Shown here: one piece after another, positions 13,970 through 25,977 of the stretch
How positions within the stretch are numbered: the stretch's first letter is position 1
Layout: every line of letters starts with the position of its first letter
DNA from: Octopus sinensis
Taxonomy: Eukaryota
Assembly: GCF_006345805.1 (NCBI RefSeq)
Contig: NC_043018.1
Coordinates: forward strand, 14,260,001-14,324,000
Direction: 5' to 3'
Length of the DNA stretch: 64,000 bases
Notes under the pieces: generated by a model
Database searches by the model: none
Told to the model about the DNA's origin: nothing
Seen by the model: only the letters and a program-made list of their open reading frames with translations
Position numbers and translations under genes: made by a program

Positions 13970-14760
13970 GCCTATGGAAGAAGTTTAAGGACAATAGAAA
14001 TCAGGAGAGGCATCTTCCAAGGGGACTGCCTGTCCCCACTGATCTTTGTACTGTGCATGATACCACTAATACTGATTCTGAGGAAAGCGAAGGCTGGGTA
14101 TGTATTCAAAAGCCGCCAACAAAATCTCAACCACTTGTTATTCATGGATGACCTCAAACTTTATGGTAAAAATGAATCCCAAGTCAGTTCCGTCGTTGAT
14201 ACGATGTATAGTTTCAGTGCTGATATCAGAATGGAGTTTGGTCTGAGAAAGTATGGTGTGTTAGTCTTGAAGAGAGGCAAAATCAAATGTATGGACGGGC
14301 TAGCGATACCGTTGAGGGACGTTATGAAACAGATAGAAAAGACGGACTATACGTACTTGGGGACATTGGAAATGGATAAATTGATGGAGAAAGAAATGAC
14401 AGAAAAACATAAGGTGGAGTACTTGTGCAGACTGAGACTGATCCTTAAGTCGAAATTAAACGGACGGAATAAGATTGAATCTATCAAACAACTGGGCGGT
14501 TTCATTCCTGAGATGTGGAGCAGAGGTAATCGCATGGAGAGTAGACGAACTAAACAGCATAGACAGAGAGAGATAAGGAAGTTGATGACTAGATATGGGA
14601 TACTCCACCCAAAGAGCGACACAGACAGACTGCATGTATCAAGAAAAAGAAAGAGGGGGGAAGAGGGCTTATTGGATGCAAACACAGCATTAGGGCAGAA
14701 GAACACAACATTGCATAGTATGTAAAAAATGCCACAGAACCGCTTTTATTGGAAGAAGAT
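13970..14760 (+). mobile_element. Dong/R4-type LINE RT fragment
   Basis: RGIFQGDCLSPLIF, LNHLLFMDDLKLYGKN, LHPKSDTDRLHV. Confidence 0.8.
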
Positions 14761-15132
14761 CATGTTTATTTCATTCATTGTTGGCAATGTTCTCTGTCTG
14801 TCTGACCCTCTCTCTCTCTCACAGACACACACGCGCGCGTACGACAATGCTTACAGAAGGGCTGCTAGACTGAAATCTCCATGTTGCTTTGAGGGAAAGG
14901 TAAAATTTTACAAACTACTTCTCCCTTTGCTGTTGGACTCGCGTGATGTTTGCTTAAAAAAAGAGATTATGACTGTGATAAAATAACGAAAGCAATACTT
15001 ACTAAGCAAGTGAGCAGTATTATACAAAGAAAAAAATAGACGTAAAATTGTTAGACTTAGGAGCCAATGTGAGAATATTATCAAGGGGCTAATATCTGCT
15101 AATATATATCTATATACATACATACTACAGGA

Positions 15133-15285
15133 ATCATTCAGTTCCTGTATACCAAATCCACTGACAAGGCTTTGGTCGGTCCGAGGATATAGTAGAAGAA
15201 ACCTCCCCAAGGTACCACGCAGTGGCACTGAACACGGACGCACGTTGCTGGGAATCAAGCTTTTTACCACACTGCCACTCATGCG

Positions 15286-15288
<3 letters not shown>
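15133..15288 (-). mobile_element. SINE family A head
   Basis: Homology to other family-A heads. Confidence 0.7.
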
Positions 15289-15356
<68 letters not shown>

Positions 15357-15358
<2 letters not shown>

Positions 15359-18300
15359 GTAGTGGGTAGCGAACTTCTTCACTACTTCAGGGAGTGACGA
15401 CCCTGCCTGACAAGAGTCCCGGGCTCTGCTGGCTCCGGCTGACAGTACCCAGTATGGGCCCCTATCCAGGGTTACGGAAAGGAGACAACCTTCGAAGAAA
15501 TCCAGAGTGGAGCCCCGAAGGCGGTTTAGTGTTCAACTCGACACTCTTCCGGCAGCTCCTGCAACCAAGCTGGTGCCAAACGTAATGCTCTGCACTCCTT
15601 TGGAATACATCAGCAAGGTCGAGAGAGGAAACCTGACGATTGGGTTACCCAGGACTTTCTTATATCTAGCCCAGGCCTGCGCAAAACTGGAAAGGACACT
15701 TCAGTGCTGCTGTAGAAAGCTGCAGAAACAACACGGGAGGTAACAGTCACGTGTGATAAGTCCATTCAGATTGGCCTGCTTCATTGGGTGCTTGGAGCTA
15801 AGAGTATGGCTTGAAAAGCGGCCTGCAACCTCTGCACCAGGCAAACAACTAAAAAACACAAGAAACCACCAGTCCTGCGGTTGGCTAGCTGGAATGTCAG
15901 AACCATGTGCTCTGGAATATCTGATGATCTACCCAGGGTTGAAGACACAAGGAAAACAGCCATCATTGACCGTGAACTAAAGAGGCTTAACATAGACATT
16001 GATGGGCTACAGGAGACAAGACTTCCCTCAAACGGCAAACTCAAAGAACAGGATTTCACCTTCTTTTGGCAGGGAAGCGATCCAGAAGAACCTCGTCATT
16101 ATGGCGTTGGCTTTGCAGTGAGAAACTCATTACTCTCCTCAATAGAACCACCATCAGGAGGCACTGAGCGTATTCTCTCACTGCGCCTCTCGACTTCTTC
16201 TGGCTCAGTACATCTACTCAGCATCTATGCTCCCACTCTCTACAGCTCAGAGGAGACCAAGGACCAGTTCTACAAAGATCTCAACTGTGTCATAAAAACT
16301 ATACCAACAACTGAAAATATCTACCTTCTAGGGGAATTTAACGCTCGCGTGGGATCTGACCATGATTCGTGGCCCATTTGTGTTGGACACTTTGGTATTG
16401 GCATTATGAATGACAATGGTCAGAGACTACTCTAATTCTGCACATACCATAACCTGTGCCTCACAAACACATTCTTTACCAACAAGCCATCCCGCAAGGC
16501 ATCTTGGAGACATCCAAGATCTCACCACTGGCATCAGCTGGATCTCATCATTACACGGAGATCCTTTCTGAATTCTGTTCTACAGACCCACAGTTACCAC
16601 AGCGCGAATTGTGACACAGACCACTCACTAATTAGAAGTAGGATGAGGATTCTGCCTAAAAAAGTCCATCGCTCCAAAAAAGTGGGCCGACCACGCATTA
16701 ACACTGCCAGAACCTCGGACCCTACACTGCGAAAATGTTTTGCTGCTTCTATGAAGGTTGCCCTCGGTAGCTGCACAACCTCCTCTGCTGAAGGTAGGTG
16801 GAATTATATCGGGGAAGCTTTGTATACCACATCAATAGATACTTTCGGCATGAGAGAAAGGCAAAACCCAGATTGGTTCAATGCTGGGATCTCAGAGCTG
16901 GAGCCAGTTATCGAAGCAAAGCGTGCAGCTCTGATGCAATACAAAAGTGATTCTTCTACAAAGTCACTCGAAAAACTCAGAAAGGCAAGAAATAAAATCC
17001 AACTGACAGCCAGACGCTGTGCAAATAGGTATTGGCAGGAAATCTGTCAGAGTATCCAGTCAGCTACCGACAGGAGCGACACCCGTGGGATGTATGCCGG
17101 TTTGAAGAAGGCCCTCGGTCCATCCGCAACCAAGTCAGCCCCTCTGAAATCAACTACTGGAGATCTTATCAGGGATCAAAGCAAGCAAATGGATAGATGG
17201 GTGGAGCACTACCAGGATCTCTACTCACGGGAGACTACAGTAGCTGAGGCTGCAATCGAGAGTGTCAAGATCTTGCCAGTCATGTGCGAACATGACAGTC
17301 CGCCATCTATAGCAGAGCTCACCAAGGCTATTGACTCCCTAACAAGTAACAAGGCTCCGGGAAAAGACGGCATCCCCTCAGAGATCATCAAAGCCGGCAA
17401 AAACACCATCCTGCTTCGGCACGTTCATGATCTACTGTGTCTGTGCTGGGAAGAGGATACAGTCCCTCAGGATATGCGGGATGCTAACATCATTACGCTC
17501 TACAAAAACAAAGGTGACCGTGGTGATTGTAACAATTACCGTGGAATATCTCTTCTAAGCACTGTTGGAAAGACCTTTGCTCGCGTTATCCTGGCCAGGC
17601 TACAACTACTTGCTTCTCGAATCTATCCGGAATCGCAGTGTGGCTTTAGAAGAAGCAGATGAACTATTGATATGATATTCTCCATACGCCAACTTCAGGA
17701 GAAGTCCAGAGAGCAGAAAATGCCACTATATGTGACCTTCATTAATCTAACAAAGGCCTTTGACTCGGTAAGTAGAAAAGGCCTCTTCATCCTACTCCAA
17801 AAATTCGGATGTCCACCAAAGCTGCTGAGGATCATCAAGTCTTTCCATGATGATATGCAAGGCACTATACAGCACAATGGTTCAACACCAGCCGCCTTCC
17901 AAATAAAAAACGGGGTAAAGCAAGGTTGTGTCCTCGCTCCTACATTATTTGGCATTTTCTTCTCGCTCTTGCTCTCCCATGCCTTTCAGACATCAGATGA
18001 TGGAGTGTTTCTGCACTGTAGAAGTGACGGGAAATAGTTCAATCTCTCGCGCCTGCGTGCCAAGACAAAAATCAGAAACGTCCTGATCAAGAAGATGCTA
18101 TTTGCTGATGATGCCGCTCTGGTATCACACACAGAAGAAACCCTTCAAAGGCTCATTAACTGTTTTGAGCAAGCATGTAACGACTTTGGCTTAGCTATCA
18201 GCCTTAAGAGGACCAACATCATGGGTCAGGCTACATCGGACATCCCAAACATACATATTGGAGTCCACAGATTACAGGAGGTGGAGAAGTTTACCTATCT

Positions 18301-19129
18301 TGGCTCTACCGTCACCTACAACCTATCCCTTGACGCTGAGCTCAATATACGCATTGGCAAGGCAGCTGCTGCGATGGCCCAACTATACAAACAGGCATGG
18401 GACAACAATAAGCTGACCAAGACCACGAAAATGAAGATCTACAAGGCATGTGTACTTAGCACTCTACTGTATGGAAGTGAGACTTGGACGCTATACACAC
18501 GCCAAGAGCGTCGCCTAAACATCTTTCACCTGCGCTGCCTCCGGAAAAACCTCCGCATCAAATGGCAGAATCCTATCCCCAACAAAGATGTCCTCAGGCA
18601 AGCAGGAATACCAAGCATGTTTGCACTCCTCACACAAAGACGTATGAGATGGCTTGGGCATGTTAGCTGTAGAATCCCCAAGGACATGGCAGAATCCCCA
18701 AGGACATACTCTACGGAGAGCTTGCAAGGGGCACTAGTTCTGGGGTAGACCGTTCTTACGTTACAAGGATGTTTGCAAAAGGGACATGAAGGCCTGCAAC
18801 ATCAATATTAACAGTTGGGAAGCAATTGCCAGCAACCTTGGAGATTGGCGACGTACCGTAAAAGAGGGAATACAAAGGAGTGACAGAGAGAGAGAGAGAG
18901 AGGAGAAATGGAAAGACAAGAAAAGACGTCAACAAGAAACTATGACACTACAACAAGCCAGGAACAGTCTTCGCTACATTTGCGGCACCTGCCAGAGGGA
19001 GTGTTTGTCCAGGATAGGACTACACAGCCACGGCAGGAAATGTATCAGGACACGAAATGTAAAAGCCGGACTGGACTATTTTATGCGCAACTCCATTGTC
19101 TCCCGAGACAAAAAGGATGCCAACCAACC
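15357..19129 (+). mobile_element. Near full-length RTE-clade LINE (APE endonuclease + RT + C2H2), pseudogenised, inserted in (TA)n
   Basis: ASWNVRTM, GLQETRL, SIYAPT, GEFNARVG, KAPGKDG, NYRGISLL, GVKQGCVLAPTLF, LFADDAAL, LYGSETW, CGTCQRECLSRIGLHSH; several stops; 20-bp duplication at 18671-18707; (TA)n on both flanks. Confidence 0.95.
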
Positions 19130-19137
19130 ATATATAT

Positions 19138-19218
<81 letters not shown>

Positions 19219-19660
19219 ATATATATATAGAAGTATAGATTAGTAGATTAATTATTTAGATTTAACTTAATATTTACCTCTATTTTCTATTGTAGTATGA
19301 TTATAGACATTTATATATGTATTTATTATATGATATATGTGGTTGTGTGTGTATGTATATATGTGTATATGATGATGTGTGTGTATATATATGTATATGT
19401 ATATACATTTATTTATTTGTATGTGTGTGGGTGTGTATATATAGGTGTAAGTGTATATATTGAGTATTGTATGTATGTACATGTATGTATGAGTGTGAAG
19501 ATGTGTATGCGTGTATGTGTGTGTATATATGTGTGTATATATGTATATGTATGTATGTGTGTATGTATGTGTATATGTGTATGTATATGTATATGTATGT
19601 ATATATATATGTATACATATTTTTTTTATATATTTATGTATACGTATGTATAGTTATACT
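19130..19660. repeat. (TA)n and TA/TG low-complexity tract
   Basis: Direct sequence. Confidence 0.9.
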
Positions 19661-20741
19661 ACAAATTTTGATAAGTATTTATAGTTTTGGTTATGATCAC
19701 TAATTTTAGCTTATAATTATAAAGGCATCGGAAAGACTTTATAGTATGTTGAGGGGTTACTATATAAATAAATTTTTATATATTTATTAATCTCATAAGA
19801 TTTTTAGAATATATTTAATAATTAGTGGTTTTTAATCATTTAAATCATTTAATTTATTTTGTATTAAGTTTCATTTATCATAGTTATTTTATTAAATAAT
19901 ATTATAGTATAGAGAGATTTTATTCTTTATTTGTGACTTCATTCTATTTACAATGATAAACAAATAATTTTCCCATTCACAATCATTAATAAAACGTAGG
20001 TTCCTCACCCGTATTGAATTCTTCAACAATTTATTCTTTTTTTTGCTAATAACGTAATTACGAGAGTATTCTAATAAACGCTTGTAAAGACGTTTTCCGA
20101 TTCAAAATTTTAGTTCATTGCTAAACCTCGCTAAGATAAGTATGTATTTATTTAAGATCTTCAAATTGTAAATTTTAATATTGTATAAGTCTTTGGAGTA
20201 ATAATATTCCCCTTATGTAAATATCGTTGTTTTAACTTAGTTATTTCTTTAAATAGATATTCGCTAGTTATTCCCATTGATAATTATATTTATAGTATTT
20301 ATAGTATTTATTCGATACTATATTACTACGAATGAATTATTTCTAAAAGTATTTTACATAAGATTTCCGAAAATTCGTTTAAGTTTGTTTATTTATATTT
20401 TGAAATTAGCTATTTCATCTTTAAATATGAAAAATTAAATTTATTAGGTTTTTATTATATGTGCATATACATTTATTTATAGAGATTATTTTAGATCTTA
20501 ATTATAATATTTATATACATTTATATATTTTCATTGATAATTTATATATATTAGTCATTTTTAAATATTTATGTAATTAGATATAGACTAATACCGAAAT
20601 TAGATTATGGGTGGGTTTCCTACCTTATAAATTAAAATTAATATTTAACATTATAGTCGATTTTGATATAATCATAATTGTTAAGTTCTATGTTTCTAGT
20701 TTGATAATAGAGTTTATTATAAGTAAAATTATTATATTATT

Positions 20742-21330
20742 ACAATAATAAATCTCTGAGCGAGATATAAACAGTAACTGCTCTATAACGTAAGGGGGAT
20801 CAGCCATCTGAATGTGGCTAGGGACAGGGCGGGGTGGTGGGAGTGTTACTGATGCATTTAGCCCCAGGCGATCATCGACGTCACCAGAAGGACCGACACC
20901 ATCACGGTGTCCTTGCTAGCCTGTAAAGCGAGATCAGCCTCCCCGAAGATACGGATACTACAGCAGTTATAGAGCAATTACTGTTTATATCTCGCTCAGA
21001 GATTTATTATTGTTTTCGAACGGTTTTTCTACATCAGTGACTGTGGTTACTGTGAAAATCCTTATATATGCAGCCTGTGGAGAGAGTCCCTCATCGAAGA
21101 ACGGTGCTTACCATGCATTGATAAGAGGCAATTACCTCGAAACCGGTCCGTATGTAGTATCCGTATCTTCGGGGAGGCTGATCTCCCTTTACAGGCTAGC
21201 AAGGACACCGTCATGGTGTCGGTCCTTCTGGTGACGTCGATGATCGCCTGGGGCTAAATGCATCAGTAACACCCCCACCACCCCGCCCTGTCCCTAGCCA
21301 CATTCAGATGGCTGATCCCCCTTACGTTAT
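20742..21330 (+). mobile_element. Retrozyme/PLE pseudo-LTR-like insertion: inverted partial copy plus a ~360-nt unit, with TSD
   Basis: IR 20785-20962 / 21153-21330 (3 mismatches seen); IR 20742-20789 / 20966-21013 (1 mismatch); flanking TTATTATATTATT at 20729-20741 and 21327-21339; internal hammerhead. Confidence 0.75.
21112..21154 (+). ncRNA. Minimal type I hammerhead ribozyme, U3-A8 core variant
   Basis: CATGCA-UUGAUAA-GAGG(CAAUUA)CCUC-GAAA-CCGG-UC-CGUAUG; palindromic stem III ACCGGT; GUC cleavage triplet. Confidence 0.65.
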
Positions 21331-21390
21331 TATATTATTTATATCTTAAAAATATTGTTTAAATATTTTTGATTATATTTTAGATATTTC

Positions 21391-21465
21391 AATCACCTGA
21401 AGATTGACTGTAACCATAACTCGAATTATTACGAATTGGACAGACATGAAACGATCGTAGTGTTT
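21391..21465 (+). ncRNA. Type I hammerhead-like motif with extended, partly decayed stem II
   Basis: CAC-CUGAAGA-...ACAGACAU-GAAA-CGAUCG-UA-GUG; stem I CAC/GUG; palindromic stem III. Confidence 0.55.
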
Positions 21466-21597
21466 TAATCATTATCTTTTATTAATCTTTTAATACTTTT
21501 GATATATATTTAAAATAATTTAAATTAATTAATTTTCTGTATTGGCTTAAGTTTTTCATTGTTTGATTTGCCTAAAAGTGGTTTTATCTCTAATTTA

Positions 21598-21652
<55 letters not shown>

Positions 21653-22485
21653 GTGTGAGTGTATGTATGTGTGGGTTTCAATATTTGACATTTTTTCTAC
21701 AATATTTCAAGAAAATGTACGAGATTTCGTGGTCGTCCAACTTTCAAGGAATTACAGAAAAATCCTCATCAAACCAAGTGCAACACGGTATGTGGCGTGG
21801 CAGCTGCAACAAAGGTCGTTGGCCATTCTCTGCAGCTACGTCATCTCACCAATCACCGCGGGATGCGACTGAGAACATGATTATTTCTGGGGTATGTGGA
21901 CCATCGCTCCCTCCCTCTCCATCTCTCTCCCTCTCTCTCTCTCTTTCTTTACAATAATATTGTGTGACATTGCAATGTAAAATCTTAACATCCATATACA
22001 TAATTTAAAGGCCAACATCACAGCGAAGAACGAAGCACTGAGATTTTCTTACCGTTTCAATAGATTAAAAACAAATAGCACAGCGAATAACGAAACACCA
22101 AGTACTTGCGATGCTTTAATATTTTTATTTCATTGGAATTTCATTAAAATTTGACGGATTAATAGCATAAATATATTAGATATTAAATACATTCGTCGTA
22201 TTAAGTTGGGTTTGTAAGAAAAGTCACAGTTGTAAGTAATGTTTTGCAGATTTTCTCTTCTTTTACCATTTTCAGTTCTTCGTATTAATACATTCGTCGT
22301 ATTAATTTAGGCCTTATATTTAACACACGAGCAATAATCTCTGGTTCGTATACACTCGTAACCGGGGCAGCATACACACCTTTTATTTGCTCCTTGACCC
22401 GCACATCCTCTTTTTAAACATGCACTTCTCTTAATCCTTGCACTGTAAATACAAAATATAGTAGAGAATACAAAATATTATTAAA

Positions 22486-22515
22486 CTAGCAGAGATACCC
22501 GGCGTTGCTCGTGTT
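22486..22515 (-). mobile_element. Helitron 3' terminus (body extends rightward, extent unresolved)
   Basis: Minus strand CACGAGCAACGCCGGG-TATCTCTG-CTAG|T. Confidence 0.7.
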
Positions 22516-23788
22516 ACATGCAATTGAAGAATTAGACTTTTCTGTTATATTTTCTGTAATGAACTGGAATACCTATGATTCGAATTTCTTCAAAATTGCA
22601 GATGAGCGTTCTTTCCCTCTTTACACACCCTAAAAAAATTGTAATCGTGCTACATGTCTCCCATACTACTGAATTTTATGCGCATATTCCAAAATTCCAG
22701 TCTTATCGAACCTGTTAAAAGGATTTTGCTCCTGAAAAATGAAGATCATGGAGCTCTAAAATGTGAAAGTTAAGGCCCCTGTTGGGCGTGGGTGTCTTAA
22801 TGTCAGGCAGAGAAGTTGCATTGTTGAGAATCTTTTTAACTTGGGTCTTATATCTATTGTTTGAATTTCTTTGAAATAGGAAATATATGTTCACTGGGTT
22901 TGTAAAAGACAGTAAAGCTACAGGAAACGAAAAGACGAATGATCACAATAAGCGGTCAGCTACCCTACCCTAGTCGTTACCACTTCCAAAGTAGGCTTTC
23001 TCACCATCCAGGTGACAGGCACAGCCGTTAGATGCATTATGGATCTATAGCAATTGGAAGGGCGTGACCCAACTGAAATAAACATTAACAACTGTGTGAC
23101 GTGAGGGCTAAGGAGAAATGAAAATGTCACCTCTGGAGTTTGCAAATGACCACTACACTGATACGTAACTGGGCAGAATAAATTTGCAATCTAAAACGTC
23201 TTTGAATAACAAGTCACTCATCTGGGAAGGCCTTGAAATCAGTGTTACCATCTGGGGACTATGTGTGACCCAGTGATAATAAAATGACTGAAAGTAGGTC
23301 TGCAATCAAATAACTTTACTCAACACTTTGCAACTGAAGCAGTGGAGGCAAAGATGCCTCTCATTTAATTGACAATTTATGCAGCACATTACAGAAATAA
23401 CAATGTAAGTGTATGTGAAAGCAAACTGTTACACTTTTGCACCATTGAATTACTAATAATGCTCATCTTTTATGCTCTGGTAACCATACAGCTTCTAAGA
23501 GCACAACTGTATTCGTTTTTGCTTAGATAAAATGACAAAAGTCCCCATGGAGGGGTCTTTCTAACTTGTAAGAAGATGAAATTTTTTAAAAATTACTTCA
23601 GTTGTGTCTAATATCTACGGTTAAAATTTTATCAACAGCAAAAATATATGAATTATCATGGGGGTTATGGCCCTTATGCATAGAATATAATATCCAAATT
23701 TCATAAATATCCATTCAGTACTTTTGACCTAGTTTTGGATCATAAAAGACATGACTAAAATTTGGGAGTTAAGGCCGCCATTAGGGTG

Positions 23789-23831
<43 letters not shown>

Positions 23832-23837
<6 letters not shown>

Positions 23838-24510
23838 AAGATAAATTGATAGATACAACTGAGTGCGCAAACAAAAATATGAGACACAGCCTAGTGCTTT
23901 TTTATGTTGATAAGCCTGGTACTTATCCTATTAGTTTGTTCTTGTGAAACCAATAAGTTATAGGGATGTAAATAAATGAACAGCAGTTGTGAAGCAGTGA
24001 TGAGGGTGAAACACAGAGACAAAGACAGACACATACACTTACATATATACATACATATATATAAGATTGATTTGTTTCAGTTCCTGTCTACGAAATCCAT
24101 ATATATACATACATACACACACACACACACAAAGATAAATTGGTAGATACAACTGGGCAAACAAAAATATGAGACACTGCATAGTCGGTTTTTTTATTTT
24201 GATATTCCTGGTACTTATTCTATCAGTTTCTTCTGACACCAGTAAGTTATGGGGATTTAAATAAACCAACACTAGTTGTGAATCAGTGATGAGGGAGAAA
24301 CGCAAAGACACACTCATAGACTTACATTTATATATACATATATATATACAATTCATTTCTTTCAGTTTCTGTCTACAAAATCCACTGACAAGGCTTTGGT
24401 TGGTCTGAGGCTATAGCAGAAGACACATGCCAAGTTACCACACAGTGGGACTGAACTGAGGACCATGTGTTTTGGAACCAAGTTTGTTACTACACAGCCA
24501 CACCTGCACC
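23832..24510 (-). mobile_element. Old SINE family A copy with tandemly duplicated 3' half
   Basis: 23832-24040 and 24120-24330 are diverged direct repeats; head at 24355-24510. Confidence 0.65.
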
Positions 24511-25213
24511 TATGTATGTGTGTGTGGAAGGTCACATTGACACACAACGAAGCCGGCAGCCCAGAATGAAAGCACAGAGTTTACAGAAAGCTATTGGCTC
24601 ATTTCTTGCCCAAACATTATGCACAAACTGAATGCTGCCACATTCCTTCACTACCATTTTGAGTCCAACGACATGATGACAGATGTATAGGAAGGTGAAA
24701 AGTGGCGAATGTGGGGATGGTCGGAACAGATTTTCAGAAACAAACCTCCACTGTTTGAAGTGAACGAAAGAAAAACCGTTGGAAACTTGCAACAGTATCG
24801 CTTGATTGTGGACATTCTATTCCCCCATTATATCCTATTACTTTTGAAGACATCACACATAGGATCAACAGCTACCAAAAAATATCAAGGTACTACCGCC
24901 CTATGCGACACGACGTTGTGTCCAACACAAGAGAAACAATGCCATTCCGGTAGGAAGATTGTCCTGGAATGTATATAGTGAAATCCTGTTGTTACATACA
25001 TACATAGACATCAACGAAACGAATGCTGGTGGAATATTAACATCAGAATATCTGTCAATGTAAAAATAACCGGTCGGATAACATAACTTGAAGCAGGCAA
25101 GAAAATGAAAAAACTGTCATAGAGATCTCCGGTCTTGCTCGCATGAATATCTCTTTGGAAACCAAAGAGGAGGATGGTAACACTGGACAACTGTTGCAAC
25201 GCTTCAGCTTCTG

Positions 25214-25545
25214 TTGGGTTGTGCGGAATGTTCGTGCCGACTTTTAAAGGAAGAAAAAGGTCAATAAATACTTGCCCATTACATTTTTAATCAACCAAAT
25301 ATGAACCATTTTGTTTCACAATGATCTCCATCTATCATTTAACTTGAAAATACCCTCTTCCCAGAATTGAAGTGGTTTCATGGCAAAGAATTCATCAAGG
25401 TATCCTTTTACGTCACCCAAGGAATTGAAATTTTTACCATTAAGACTATTCTGCAGGGACAGAAATAAGTGAAAATCCGAAGGAGCAATATCTAGTGAAT
25501 ACGCAGCCGAGCTGCAGCAATTTTTGTCTGATTCCCAAAGCATCA
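25214..25545 (-). mobile_element. Mariner right-end fragment (same family as 32444)
   Basis: TTGGGTTGTgCGGAAtGTTCGTGCCGA TIR; YSLDIAPSDFHLFLSLQNSL. Confidence 0.85.
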
Positions 25546-25770
25546 AGTGCCGAAAATGAATTTTCTTATCTTGCCAATACTAAATTAATTACATTTGCAT
25601 GAGACGTACATATGTTGTTCTTACCTCATATTTACTCTCCTGAAACCTATCTCTTGATGGAAGGGAGCGACATCTAAAAGAGATATTAAAATATATATGG
25701 AAGAAGTAAATATCCATTTACCGATATTTCGTGTGGAAATACACAAAATACCCATGAAGCACTCAACAGG

Positions 25771-25977
25771 TAATTCATTGAATAGAGGAGAATGTATCAA
25801 ATGGAGGATAATGTATAATTCATTGAATAGAGGAGAATGTATCAAATGGAGGATAATGTATAATTCATTGAATAGAGGAGAATGTATCAAATGGAGGATA
25901 ATGTATAATTCATTGAATAGAGGAGAATGTATCAAATGGAGGATAATGTATAATTCATTGAATAGAGGAGAATGTAT
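25771..25977. repeat. 45-bp minisatellite, 4.6 identical copies
   Basis: Unit TAATTCATTGAATAGAGGAGAATGTATCAAATGGAGGATAATGTA starts at 25771, 25816, 25861, 25906, 25951. Confidence 0.95.

Noticed and set aside
15357-15700. HDV-like ribozyme in the RTE 5'UTR
   Set aside because: GGGTAGC could pair with G(T/C)TACCC, but the following GG, P3/L3 and J4/2 could not be placed by eye; needs a descriptor search
19690-20740. Decayed Penelope ORF on the minus strand in the AT-rich tract
   Set aside because: Only scattered weak motif resemblances (KP..F.YL, IGKRL..R..E); no RT catalytic motif
24580-25010. Degenerate plus-strand Tc1/mariner fragment
   Set aside because: Only a faint GEKW resemblance; no TIR or catalytic motifs
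25771-25977. CRISPR-like array
   Set aside because: Units are contiguous and identical with no spacers; eukaryotic minisatellite
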